From an uncultured Rikenella sp. (GTDB lineage Bacteria > Bacteroidota > Bacteroidia > Bacteroidales > Rikenellaceae): 40,782 bases of DNA. The stretch spans positions 1 through 40,782 of the forward strand of contig CAZAPI010000001.1 of NCBI GenBank assembly GCA_964486945.1, read 5' to 3'. The translations under genes were made by a program, and so were the position numbers. The notes under the pieces were generated by a model, which saw only the letters and a list, made by a program, of their open reading frames with translations, was not told the origin of the DNA and searched no databases. Shown here in pieces: positions 1 through 9,232 of this stretch; the first letter of the stretch is position 1, and every line of letters begins with the position of its first letter.

Positions 1-59
1 CAGGCGTTGCCTGTTTTGCTGACTGTAACTACCCCTTTCGGGCCGCCGATGCCGCGGAA

Positions 60-235
60 ATTTTTCTCACTCGCCGGCGACCGCAAGGTCGCGTGCCCCG
101 AACCGACACCGCAGCTGAGGAGCATGGAGCTTGCTCCGATGGCCGAAGCGCAAGGAGGAACCGAGAGCACAGCCGAAAGTCAAAAAGGCCCGGCACGCTT
201 GGCCAAGGCGCAACGTGCAAGACCCCGAAGGTCAA
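60..235. repeat. Hairpin-rich intergenic element downstream of pyk (possible dispersed REP/MITE-like repeat)
   Basis: GCGACC-GCAA-GGTCGC (77-92, GNRA loop), GGAGC-TT-GCTCC (126-137), GCACG/CGTGC (193-218) enclosing palindrome CTTGGCCAAG, GACC-CCGAA-GGTC (221-233). No credible ORF. Repeat status is not demonstrable from one copy. Confidence 0.3.
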
Positions 236-274
236 CAAAGAGAGGTTCCCTGCGGAAGTGATAAAACCGGAAGA

Positions 275-1708
275 TTATTCGATCATCGCCTTGTTGAGCA
301 AGTGGATCACCTTACTGATCTCCATAAACGACGCCCCCTTGGCCGCCCCGAACGAGCCGCCCACCACGACCACCAGGTCGTCGTTGGCGATCTTGTGCTC
401 CTTTTCAAGAATCAGCAGCATCTGGTAGCTGAACCGGTCGTGCGCAATCGCCGGCTCCGCATACTCGGCATACACCCCGTACGACAAGGCCAGTTCGCGC
501 ATCACATGCTTGCGGTAGCAAAGCGCATAGACCGGCTTCTCGCCCCGGAATGCCGCCAGATAACGTCCCGTCCGTCCCGACAACGTATCGATCAGCACCG
601 CCTTGACCGGCAGGTTCGTACAGGCCCGCACCGCCGATCGCGCCAGCTGGGCCGTGATCTCGTTGTTGATGCGCACCATGTTGACATCGATGATCGGCGA
701 CACCTCCCGCTCGATCGCCAGCGCGATCTTAGTCATCGCTTTGACAGCCTCGACCGGGTACTTGCCGTTGGCCGTCTCGCCGCTCAGCATGATCGCGTCC
801 ACCCGCTGGAAAATGGCGTTCGCCACGTCGCTCACCTCTGCCCGCGTCGGCCGAGGATTATTTATCATCGAGTGCAGCATCTGCGTGGCGATAATCACCG
901 GTTTCTTGCTCTCGATGCACTTCTGCACCAGATTCTTCTGCACGATCGGGATCTCTTCCGCGTTCAGCTCCACCCCCAGGTCGCCGCGCGCCACCATCAC
1001 CGCATAGGTATGGTCCAGTATCTCGTCGATATTGTCGACCCCCTCCTGGTTCTCGATCTTCGAGATAATCTTGATCGAGCTGTGCTCCGCATCCAGGATC
1101 TTCTGTATCTCCAGCAAGTCGCCCTTATGCCGCACGAACGAATGGGCGATAAAATCGAGGTTCATCCTCACCGCCCAATGGATATATTCTATATCCCGTT
1201 CGGTCAGCGCCGGCAGGTGCAGGTGGACCGCCGGGATATTGACACTCTTTTTGCCCCTGATGACCCCGCTGTTTTTGACCCGCGCGATCAATGCCCCGTC
1301 GATCTTATCCGCCACCTCCAGGGCAATGTCCCCGTCGTCGATCAGCACCGCCACGCCGACTGGCACCTCCTCGAATATATCCTTGTCGTTGAGAAAGATG
1401 CAATCCCGCGACGAGAGCATCTCGTTGTCGTCCGTCCCGCGCATGGTAAGCATGTCGCCCTCGCTGACCGGGATCCCCTCGTCGGCCGTCCGCGTGGTAC
1501 GGATTTCCGGCCCCTTGGTATCCACCAGTATGGCGATTTTCTCCGACACGGCACGGGTGTTGTTGACGATATTCGTGGCCCCCTCGAACGAGGTGTGGGC
1601 CGAATTGATGCGCACCACGTTCATCCCCTCCTCGTACAGCGAACGGATAAAATCCACGTCGCAACGTCGGTCCGAAATGGTGGCTACTATTTTGGTTTTC
1701 TTTTCCAT
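275..1708 (-). CDS. pyk: Pyruvate kinase
   Basis: 477 aa; TKIVATI N-terminus, DTKGPEIRT, KIENQEG, MVARGDLGVE, ATQMLHSM, PTRAEVSDVANA, MLSGETANGKYP motifs. Confidence 0.98.
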   Translation of the reverse strand: MEKKTKIVATISDRRCDVDFIRSLYEEGMNVVRINSAHTSFEGATNIVNNTRAVSEKIAILVDTKGPEIRTTRTADEGIPVSEGDMLTMRGTDDNEMLSSRDCIFLNDKDIFEEVPVGVAVLIDDGDIALEVADKIDGALIARVKNSGVIRGKKSVNIPAVHLHLPALTERDIEYIHWAVRMNLDFIAHSFVRHKGDLLEIQKILDAEHSSIKIISKIENQEGVDNIDEILDHTYAVMVARGDLGVELNAEEIPIVQKNLVQKCIESKKPVIIATQMLHSMINNPRPTRAEVSDVANAIFQRVDAIMLSGETANGKYPVEAVKAMTKIALAIEREVSPIIDVNMVRINNEITAQLARSAVRACTNLPVKAVLIDTLSGRTGRYLAAFRGEKPVYALCYRKHVMRELALSYGVYAEYAEPAIAHDRFSYQMLLILEKEHKIANDDLVVVVGGSFGAAKGASFMEISKVIHLLNKAMIE

Positions 1709-1745
1709 ATTACATGTTTGAACGTCGGCTCAATTCTTTTTTAAC

Positions 1746-1805
1746 CCGGAGCCAGCGCAGGCAAAACCGAGCAACGCGAGTGTTGCAACTCTGCGCCGGC
1801 TCCGG
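1746..1805 (-). other. Stem-loop in the aroQ-pyk spacer
   Basis: 15-bp arms CCGGAGCCAGCGCAG / CTGCGCCGGCTCCGG (the one mismatch is a G-U pair on the minus-strand RNA), inner GCAAC/GTTGC. No U-tract follows on the minus strand. Confidence 0.5.
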
Positions 1806-1860
1806 ACTGGCCGCCGGCACGGCAGAACAAGACCCCTACACTAAACCGAACTACGAAATA

Positions 1861-2289
1861 CTAAAGGAAACTGTAGACGGCCAGCCGGTAGGACTGCATT
1901 CCGAACCCCATTACCGATCCCGCGCAACGCGGCGCGATCAGCGACACATGGCGGAACTCCTCCCGCGCCATGATATTCGAGATATGCACCTCCACCGTTT
2001 TCAGGCCGCAGGCCGCCACCGCACCGATCGCATCCGCTATCGCCACCGAAGTGTGGGTATATCCCCCGGCATTCAGCACCACCCCGTCATATTTCCCGCG
2101 CGCAGCGTGCAAAGCATCGATAATCTCCCCTTCCACGTTCGACTGGAAATAGTCCAGTTCCGCCCGATCCCCGAACTCAGCGACCAGCTCCGTCAGGTAA
2201 TCCTCGAACGTCTGCGAGCCGTAGACCTCCTTTTCGCGCAGGCCCAGCAGGTTCAGGTTCGGCCCGTTGATAATCAGCAGTTTCTTCAT
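1861..2289 (-). CDS. aroQ: Type II 3-dehydroquinate dehydratase
   Basis: 142 aa; NGPNLNLLGLRE..YG, QSNVEGEIID, NAGGYTHTSVAIADA, EVHISN, REEFRHVS. Confidence 0.97.
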   Translation of the reverse strand: MKKLLIINGPNLNLLGLREKEVYGSQTFEDYLTELVAEFGDRAELDYFQSNVEGEIIDALHAARGKYDGVVLNAGGYTHTSVAIADAIGAVAACGLKTVEVHISNIMAREEFRHVSLIAPRCAGSVMGFGMQSYRLAVYSFL

Positions 2290-2308
2290 TATTTTCCCGA
2301 TCGAAGTT

Positions 2309-2316
2309 CAAATTTA
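2309..2316 (-). promoter_or_regulatory. Bacteroidota primary-sigma -7 box (TAAATTTG) for aroQ-pyk
   Basis: Exact TAnnTTTG match on the minus strand, 19 nt upstream of the aroQ ATG. Confidence 0.55.
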
Positions 2317-2389
2317 GTGCAAATTTGGGTAATTTCGCCCGGCCCGGCGCGTTATTTTTTTCATTACGCCCGCAGCGCACGACCGGAAA

Positions 2390-3349
2390 ATGAGTGAGCA
2401 GACAACAGAAACGACATGGCAGCAAGCCTTGGACAGTTACCGGGAGTACCTCCGTTTCGAGCGGGGACTTTCGGCTAACAGCATCGAAGCCTACCTGCGC
2501 GACGCGGGGCAGCTCGCCGCATTCATCCTCGGCAGCGGCAGCCCGAAAGAGCCGGCAGAGGTCGTACCGGCCGACATCGAAACCTTCATGGCCCACATCT
2601 ACGACACCGGCTCCGGCGACACCACGCAGGCACGCACCCTGAGCGGCGTGCGCAGCTTCTTCACCTACCTGCTCCACGCCGACCGCATCCAGACGCTGCC
2701 TACCGAACTGATCGACTCACCCAAAATCGCCCGCAAGCTGCCCGACACGCTATCCTACGAAGAGATCCGCCGGATGCTCGAAAGCATCGACCTCGGCGCG
2801 CCGCTCGGCCACCGCAACCGGGCCATACTCGAAGTGCTTTACTGCTGCGGACTCCGCGTGAGCGAGCTGGTGAACCTGCGACTGAACGACATCTTCGCGA
2901 CAGAGGGGATCGTTCGGGTGACCGGGAAAGGGAACAAGCAGCGGCTGGTACCCATCGCCGACACTGCATTACAGCAAGTCGAATTCTACCTGGAACAGCG
3001 GCGCACGATGCCCGTAGCGGCAGACTCGGCGGAGATCGTTTTCCTCAACCGGCACGGCCGGAAACTGACCCGCGTGATGATCTTCACCATCATCCGCAAA
3101 ACGGCTGCCGCAGCAGGGATAACCAAGACCGTCAGCCCGCATACCCTGCGCCATTCGTTCGCCACGCACCTGCTGCAAGGCGGCGCCGACATCCGGGCCG
3201 TACAGGAGCTTTTGGGCCACGAATCCATATTGACGACGGAAATCTATACCCATCTGGAGATGTGCGATCTGCGCGATGCCTTGGAACTCCACCCGCTGGC
3301 CCATTCCGAAACAAGGAAAAACAAGCCAGTTGAAACCGACGACAAATAG
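2390..3349 (+). CDS. xerD: Chromosome dimer resolution tyrosine recombinase XerD
   Basis: 319 aa; N-terminal ERGLSANSIEAYLRD, LYCCGLRVSEL, VTGKGNKQRLVP, SPHTLRHSFATHLLQGGADIRAVQELLGHESILTTEIYTH (R-K-H-R-H-Y). Divergent from aroQ as in other Bacteroidales. Confidence 0.9.
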   Translation: MSEQTTETTWQQALDSYREYLRFERGLSANSIEAYLRDAGQLAAFILGSGSPKEPAEVVPADIETFMAHIYDTGSGDTTQARTLSGVRSFFTYLLHADRIQTLPTELIDSPKIARKLPDTLSYEEIRRMLESIDLGAPLGHRNRAILEVLYCCGLRVSELVNLRLNDIFATEGIVRVTGKGNKQRLVPIADTALQQVEFYLEQRRTMPVAADSAEIVFLNRHGRKLTRVMIFTIIRKTAAAAGITKTVSPHTLRHSFATHLLQGGADIRAVQELLGHESILTTEIYTHLEMCDLRDALELHPLAHSETRKNKPVETDDK

Positions 3350-3389
3350 ATTACAAATTGCTGTATTTCACATAATTAAAAGAACATAA
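3330..3389 (+). CDS. Putative ilv operon leader peptide MKPTTNRLQIAVFHIIKRT
   Basis: TTG-start 19-codon ORF with Leu(TTA), Ile(ATT), Val(GTA), Ile(ATA), Ile(ATT) in codons 8-16; its TAA abuts alternative pairing segments and a terminator in front of ilvD. Confidence 0.55.
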   Translation: MKPTTNRLQIAVFHIIKRT

Positions 3390-3406
3390 ATCCTTTTGGA
3401 TTTCGT

Positions 3407-3450
3407 AATCCTCCGGGACAAAACTTTGACCGGGGGATTTTTTGTTTTTT
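3407..3450 (+). terminator. Intrinsic terminator / attenuator hairpin upstream of ilvD
   Basis: AATCCTCCGG (3407-3416) pairs with CCGGGGGATT (3430-3439), followed by TTTTGTTTTTT. Confidence 0.8.
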
Positions 3451-3482
3451 CATTTGCGTGACTAAGATTGCCAATACGAAGA

Positions 3483-5315
3483 ATGAAACCACTACGCAGC
3501 GATGTAACCACAAAGGGGCGTCGGATGGCCGGGGCCCGGAGCCTCTGGCGGGCCAACGGCATGAAAGACTCCCAGTTCGGACAGCCGGTGATCGGCATCG
3601 TCAACTCTTTCACGCAGTTCGTGCCGGGACATACCCACCTGCACGAGATCGGTCAGCAGATCAAACAGCTGATCGAAGCCGAAGGGTGCTATGCCGCCGA
3701 GTTCAATACGATCGCCATCGACGACGGAATCGCCATGGGACACGGCGGGATGCTCTACTCGTTGCCTTCGCGCGACCTCATTGCGGATTCCGTGGAATAC
3801 ATGTGTCAGGCGCACGGAGTGGACGCTATCGTGTGCATTTCGAACTGCGACAAGATCACGCCGGGGATGCTGATGGCGGCCATGCGGCTGAATATTCCGG
3901 CGGTGTTCGTCAGCGGCGGGCCGATGGAGGCCGGGATGGTCGACGGGGAAGCCTACGACCTGATCGACGTGATGGTAAAGGGGGCGGATCCGGAGATTTC
4001 GGACGAAAAGCTGACCCGAATCGAACAGAAGGCTTGCCCCACGTGCGGCTCCTGCTCGGGGATGTTTACGGCTAACTCCATGAACTGCCTGACCGAAGCG
4101 CTGGGCCTTTCGCTGCCGGGCAACGGCACCATCGTGGCGACGCATACCAACCGGTTCAAGCTGTTCGAAGCGGCGGCGAAACTGATCGTCCGTAATGCAC
4201 GGGAATACTATTTCAACGACAACGACAAGGTTTTGCCGCGGTCGATCGCCACGAGACAGGCATTCCTGAACGCCATGTCCCTGGACATTGCCATGGGCGG
4301 CTCGACCAATACGGTGCTTCACCTGCTGGCGGTGGCGCAGGAGGCAGGCGTAGATTTTACGATGAAGGACATCGACGCATTGTCGCGCAAGCTGCCGGTG
4401 CTGTGCAAAGTGGCTCCCAACCACTCGTCATACCACATTCAGGAGGTCAACCGGGCGGGGGGCGTCCTGGCTATTCTGGGGATACTGATGCGTGCCGGAC
4501 TGATCGACGGGACGACCGTTCGGGCAGACGGCCTCGACCTGGCGCAGGCGGTGGCGAAATACGACATCTACAACCTCGGCACCACGGCCTCGTCCGACGA
4601 CACGGAGCGGTACCTGTCGGCTCCGGGAAATCACAAAGAGGTCAACATTTTGCTGGGTTCGCAACACACGATGTACCCGGACTACGACAACGACCGCGAA
4701 AAGGGGTGCATCCGGGACATCGAGCATGCTTATATGAAAGACGGCGGGCTGGCAGTGCTCTACGGAAACATCGCAAAGGACGGCTGTATCGTAAAGACGG
4801 CAGGGGTCGACGCCTCGATACTGGTTTTCGAAGGGACAGCGAGGGTATTCGACTCGCAGGAACAGGCCAGCGCGGGGATATTGGGAGGCGTTGTGCAGGC
4901 AGGGGACGTTGTGATCATCCGCTACGAAGGTCCCAAAGGGGGGCCGGGGATGCAGGAGATGCTCTACCCTACTTCGTACCTTAAAACAGTGAAGTTGGAC
5001 AAGGCGTGCGCGTTGCTGACGGACGGCAGATTCTCGGGAGGGACCTCCGGTTTGTCGATCGGGCACTGCTCGCCGGAAGCGGCGGCAGGAGGCTTGATTG
5101 CCGCCGTCGAGGACGGGGATAAAGTGATTATCGACATACCGAACCGCTCGATCACGCTGGACGTGGCAGACGACGTGCTGGCGCAGCGCATGGAACGCCT
5201 GCGCGCAGGCGGCGGGTTCCGGCCCGACCGGGAACGAGTCGTCAGCAAGGCGCTCAGGGCATATGCCAACATGGTCTCTTCCGCAGACAAAGGCGCCACC
5301 CGGATCGTTGAATAA
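3483..5315 (+). CDS. ilvD: Dihydroxy-acid dehydratase
   Basis: [83 protein letters not shown] 3483 preferred over TTG 3468. Confidence 0.98.
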   Translation: MKPLRSDVTTKGRRMAGARSLWRANGMKDSQFGQPVIGIVNSFTQFVPGHTHLHEIGQQIKQLIEAEGCYAAEFNTIAIDDGIAMGHGGMLYSLPSRDLIADSVEYMCQAHGVDAIVCISNCDKITPGMLMAAMRLNIPAVFVSGGPMEAGMVDGEAYDLIDVMVKGADPEISDEKLTRIEQKACPTCGSCSGMFTANSMNCLTEALGLSLPGNGTIVATHTNRFKLFEAAAKLIVRNAREYYFNDNDKVLPRSIATRQAFLNAMSLDIAMGGSTNTVLHLLAVAQEAGVDFTMKDIDALSRKLPVLCKVAPNHSSYHIQEVNRAGGVLAILGILMRAGLIDGTTVRADGLDLAQAVAKYDIYNLGTTASSDDTERYLSAPGNHKEVNILLGSQHTMYPDYDNDREKGCIRDIEHAYMKDGGLAVLYGNIAKDGCIVKTAGVDASILVFEGTARVFDSQEQASAGILGGVVQAGDVVIIRYEGPKGGPGMQEMLYPTSYLKTVKLDKACALLTDGRFSGGTSGLSIGHCSPEAAAGGLIAAVEDGDKVIIDIPNRSITLDVADDVLAQRMERLRAGGGFRPDRERVVSKALRAYANMVSSADKGATRIVE

Positions 5316-5367
5316 TATTTCGGAGAGAGAAAGACCGCCTCACCGACAATCACTCAGGAGACGAATC

Positions 5368-7095
5368 ATGAAATATACCGAGAAACAGAATATCACCGGG
5401 GCGGAAGCCCTGCTCGCCTCACTCATCAACCAGGGCGTGGATACCGTGTTCGGTTACCCCGGGGGAAGCATTACCCCGGTTTACGACCGCCTGCAGGACT
5501 ATCCGGAGCTGCGGCATCTCTTGACCCGGCACGAACAGGGCGCCGTGCATGCGGCACAAGGCTACGCGCGGGCTTCCAACAAAACGGGGGTCTGCATAGC
5601 CACTTCGGGGCCGGGAGCGACCAACCTGCTGACCGGTATCGCGGATGCGATGCTGGACTCCACGCCGATCGTCTGCATTTCGGCACAGGTACCTTCGACA
5701 GCGCTGGGTACCGACTTTTTCCAAGAGGCCGACATGATCAACATGACCGTGCCGATCACCAAATGGAACTATCAGATCACCCGGTTTGAAGAGATGGTGC
5801 CGACCATCGCTAAGGCATTCTACATCGCCCGGGCCGGACGCCCGGGACCGGTCTATATCGAAGTGACCAAGGATGCCCTGCTGGCGCGGGGAGACTATAA
5901 GTGGAAACCGTGCACCGGCATCCGGAGTTACAACCCGATACCCGCAGTGGACGGCGATGCCGTGCGGGATGCTTTGGCGCTCATTAACGAAGCGGAACGG
6001 CCGCTTATTCTGGTGGGCAACGGCGTGAAAATTTCAGAAGCGGAAGATGCAGTGATCCGGCTGGCGGAAGCGGGAAACATACCGGTCGCCTCCACGCTCA
6101 TGGGTTTGTCATGCGTACCGAGCGACCACCCGTTATATATCGGGATGGTGGGGATGCACGGCAACGTGGCCGGAAACCTGATGACACAGGAAGCCGACCT
6201 GGTCATTGCAGTAGGGATGCGTTTCAGCGACCGCGTAACGGGCAACCTGAAAACCTACGCGCCGAAAGCCCGGATCATCCATATCGAAATAGACCCGGTG
6301 GAGATCAACAAGAACGTGCGCACCGACCTGGCTATCGTGGCCGATGCCCGTGAGGCGGTCGAGGCTATATTGAAGGCAGGAACCGTGACCCGCAAGGCGC
6401 GGACCGAATGGTTCGACCTGGCCGCCGGGCATGCGAAGACCGAGCTGGACAAAGTCATCAGCCGTCAGCTCCACCCGAACCGCGAGGAGCTGACCATGGG
6501 GGAAGCCATCGCGGCCGTAGCGCAGGAATCGGCAGGTGAAGCGGTGATCGTGACCGACGTGGGACAACACCAGATGATGGCCGCGCGGTACTCCACCTAT
6601 AAACATACGCGCAGCCTTATCACTTCGGGGGGACTCGGGACGATGGGCTACGGCCTGCCCGCGGCCATCGGTGCCAAAGCGGCGCTGGAGGAAAACCCCG
6701 CGACCGCAGGGCGCAACGTGGTGGTGTTCCTGGGCGACGGCGGCTTCCAGATGACCATGCAGGAGCTGGGAACCATGATCCACTGGGGGATACCGGTCAA
6801 AGTCGTGGTGCTCAACAACTCGTTCCTGGGGATGGTGCGCCAGTGGCAGCAGCTCTTTATGGAGAAACGGTACAACGCCACGGAACTGGTCAACCCGGAC
6901 TTCGTGAAGATCGCCGAAGCGTACGGCATACCGGCGCAACGGGTGACCAAACGGTTCGAGTTGCAGGAGGCGGTACAGACCCTCCTGAAAACCGACGGGC
7001 CGTGCTTCCTCGAAGTGATCGTCGGCAAGGAAGACAACGTCTTCCCGATGGTTCCGGGCGGGGCTTCGCTGGACGACTTGATCTACACCGAATAA
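5368..7095 (+). CDS. ilvB: Acetolactate synthase large (catalytic) subunit
   Basis: ITGAEALL, FGYPGG, RHEQGAVHAAQGYAR, TSGPGATN, GGLGTMGYGLPAAIG, ThDP motif GDGGFQM...NN, VFPMVPGG. Start moved to ATG 5368. Confidence 0.97.
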   Translation: MKYTEKQNITGAEALLASLINQGVDTVFGYPGGSITPVYDRLQDYPELRHLLTRHEQGAVHAAQGYARASNKTGVCIATSGPGATNLLTGIADAMLDSTPIVCISAQVPSTALGTDFFQEADMINMTVPITKWNYQITRFEEMVPTIAKAFYIARAGRPGPVYIEVTKDALLARGDYKWKPCTGIRSYNPIPAVDGDAVRDALALINEAERPLILVGNGVKISEAEDAVIRLAEAGNIPVASTLMGLSCVPSDHPLYIGMVGMHGNVAGNLMTQEADLVIAVGMRFSDRVTGNLKTYAPKARIIHIEIDPVEINKNVRTDLAIVADAREAVEAILKAGTVTRKARTEWFDLAAGHAKTELDKVISRQLHPNREELTMGEAIAAVAQESAGEAVIVTDVGQHQMMAARYSTYKHTRSLITSGGLGTMGYGLPAAIGAKAALEENPATAGRNVVVFLGDGGFQMTMQELGTMIHWGIPVKVVVLNNSFLGMVRQWQQLFMEKRYNATELVNPDFVKIAEAYGIPAQRVTKRFELQEAVQTLLKTDGPCFLEVIVGKEDNVFPMVPGGASLDDLIYTE

Positions 7096-7376
7096 CAGCG
7101 ATGCGCAGCATCGCCCGTCCCGCTGGGGTCACCCGGACGCCGCCCGCGCAGGGCAATTCCGTACAGTTCGGGCAGTTACAGCCCGGCGCCCGATAGGTCG
7201 ACAAACGGCCATGCATGGCCGCGCGCGCACCGCTAACGTAGGAAAGACAGCACAAAAGCCGTCAGGCTTCTCGATGGATTTCCGTTAACGCGCGGCATAA
7301 GTCTAACAGGCGGCTTGCGGATGCCCGAAACAGGAGCGACACACGACTGCCACTTTAAGGCACCGCATTCAAAATG

Positions 7377-7384
7377 CAAAGATA
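7377..7384 (-). promoter_or_regulatory. Antisense -7 box (TATCTTTG) in the ilvB-ilvN spacer
   Basis: Exact TAnnTTTG followed by CA on the minus strand; nearest TTTG is 15 nt upstream, shorter than the usual spacing. Confidence 0.3.
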
Positions 7385-7417
7385 ACATACCACGAACGAC
7401 AAAATTGGACCGAAACT

Positions 7418-7978
7418 ATGGCACCGAATAAAGACACGGATTCCACGATCCGGGAATATATCATCACGGTATTCACCGAAAACCGGGTCGGAGTGCTGGG
7501 GCGCATCACCACCCTCTTCACCCGCCGCAAAATCAACATCGAGAGCCTGAAGGTCAACGAAACGCCGGTCAAGGGGATCAGCATGTTCACCATCCACGCG
7601 TTCACCACCGAAGATACGGCGTGCCGCATACTCAGCGGCATCGAGCGCATCATCGAGGTGCTGCGGGCCGACAAGTACCGCACCGAAGAGTTCACCGCCC
7701 AGCAGATTGCCCTCTACAAAGTTTCGCCCGAACTGTTCCTCAAAGGCGGCGACACCTGCCTGAAAGAGTACAACGCCCGGGTGATCGAGATCAACCCGGA
7801 ATACGTGGTGCTGGAGCGCACCGGGGCCAAAGAGGAGATCGAAGCCCTGCGCAACTACCTGGTGCAAAGCAATATGCTGATACAGTTCACCCGGTCGGAA
7901 AACATCGTGCTGCACGACGCCACAGTGGAAAACGCCTTGAATGAGATCGCTGATCGCAACAATTACCCGGGCGACTAA
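7418..7978 (+). CDS. ilvN: Acetolactate synthase small (regulatory, ACT) subunit
   Basis: 186 aa; ITVFTENRVGVLGRITTLFTRRKINIESL ACT signature; position in the ilv cluster. Confidence 0.93.
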   Translation: MAPNKDTDSTIREYIITVFTENRVGVLGRITTLFTRRKINIESLKVNETPVKGISMFTIHAFTTEDTACRILSGIERIIEVLRADKYRTEEFTAQQIALYKVSPELFLKGGDTCLKEYNARVIEINPEYVVLERTGAKEEIEALRNYLVQSNMLIQFTRSENIVLHDATVENALNEIADRNNYPGD

Positions 7979-8067
7979 ATCGTACAATGCAGCGAATAAA
8001 TGCGTACCTTTAACATCTTGTAAGAGAGACAAAAAAACACCAAATATAACAAACCAACAACACGACA

Positions 8068-9117
8068 ATGGCAAAAATCAATTTCGGTGGTGTGGAAGAG
8101 AGCGTGGTGACGCGCGAAGAATTCCCCCTGAGCAAAGCGACAGAAATCCTCAAAGACGAAACGATCGCAGTGATCGGATACGGCGTACAGGGCCCGGGCC
8201 AGGCCATGAACCTGCGCGACAACGGCTTCAACGTAATCGTCGGCCAGCGCAAAAACTCCAAGACCTGGGACAAAGCCGTGGCAGACGGCTGGGTGCCGGG
8301 CAAGACCCTGTTCGAGATCGAAGAGGCCTGCGAAAAAGGGACCATCATCCAATTCCTGCTCTCAGACGCCGGACAGATCGCCCTCTGGCCGACCGTCAAG
8401 AAACACCTCACACCGGGCAAAGCCCTCTACTTCTCGCACGGCTTCGGGATCACCTATAAAGAAAAAACCGGCATCATCCCGCCGGCCGACGTAGACGTTA
8501 TCCTCGTGGCACCGAAAGGTTCGGGCACCTCGCTTCGGCGGATGTTCGTGGCAGGGCGCGGCTTGAACTCCAGCTTCGCCGTGTTCCAGGACGCTACCGG
8601 CAAAGCTAAAGACCGCGTGATCGCACTCGGGATCGGCGTAGGCTCGGGCTACCTGTTCGAAACCGACTTCAAGCGCGAAGTATTCTCCGACCTGACCGGG
8701 GAACGCGGTACGCTGATGGGTGCGATCCAGGGGATCTTCGCCGCACAGTACCAGGTGCTGCGCGAAAATGGGCACACCCCGTCCGAAGCCTTCAACGAAA
8801 CCATCGAAGAACTGACCCAGAGCCTGATGCCGCTGGTAGCGGAAAACGGGATGGACTGGATGTACGCCAACTGCTCGACTACGGCACAGCGCGGGGCATT
8901 GGACTGGTGGAAACCGTTCCGCGATGCCACTCTGCCGGTGTTCAAGAAACTTTATAGCGAAGTAGCCAACGGCAACGAGGCACAGCGCTCGATCGACTGC
9001 AACTCGAAACCCGACTACCGCGAAGGGCTCGAAAAAGAGCTCAAGGAATTGCGCGAAAGCGAAATGTGGCAGGCGGGCGCTACCGTACGCAAACTGCGCC
9101 CGGAGAACAACAAATAG
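8068..9117 (+). CDS. ilvC: Ketol-acid reductoisomerase
   Basis: 349 aa; IAVIGYGVQGPGQAMNLRD, FSHGF, VAPKGSG, SDLTGERGTLMG, CSTTAQRGA. Confidence 0.98.
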   Translation: MAKINFGGVEESVVTREEFPLSKATEILKDETIAVIGYGVQGPGQAMNLRDNGFNVIVGQRKNSKTWDKAVADGWVPGKTLFEIEEACEKGTIIQFLLSDAGQIALWPTVKKHLTPGKALYFSHGFGITYKEKTGIIPPADVDVILVAPKGSGTSLRRMFVAGRGLNSSFAVFQDATGKAKDRVIALGIGVGSGYLFETDFKREVFSDLTGERGTLMGAIQGIFAAQYQVLRENGHTPSEAFNETIEELTQSLMPLVAENGMDWMYANCSTTAQRGALDWWKPFRDATLPVFKKLYSEVANGNEAQRSIDCNSKPDYREGLEKELKELRESEMWQAGATVRKLRPENNK

Positions 9118-9152
9118 TAGCAGCAACGATCGATTCGCGATCGCCTAATACC

Positions 9153-9196
9153 ATTCGGGACGGTTCCCTTGTTCAAGGGAACCGCCCCGAATTTTT
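9153..9196 (+). terminator. Intrinsic terminator of the ilv operon
   Basis: 19-bp arms ATTCGGGACGGTTCCCTTG / CAAGGGAACCGCCCCGAAT (1 mismatch) running into a T-tract. Confidence 0.85.
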
Positions 9197-9232
9197 GTAT
9201 CCAAAACTTCAATTCCGGTTATTCCAGCCGAT

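Noticed and set aside
131-1744. 537-aa plus-strand ORF and the other long antisense ORFs (e.g. 12951-14363, 16401-18005, 19081-20652, 25556-26719)
   Set aside because: Shadow frames of real GC-rich genes, with no recognisable motifs.
2390-3349. Tyrosine recombinase as integrase of an island carrying the ilv genes
   Set aside because: Size, motifs and aroQ-pyk context fit housekeeping XerD; no att repeats, tRNA or mobility genes are visible.
3463-3470. TAAGATTG as an ilvD promoter downstream of the terminator
   Set aside because: One mismatch in the TTTG core and a short (18-nt) spacing to the upstream TTTG; retained only as the alternative to the attenuator model.
7303-7368. 21-aa antisense ORF MRCLKVAVVCRSCFGHPQAAC with Val/Leu codons
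   Set aside because: Wrong strand to act as an ilv leader; length and composition are expected by chance.
8005-8012. TACCTTTA as an internal ilvC promoter
   Set aside because: Only 7/8 match, with no supporting -33 element; plausible but unsupported.
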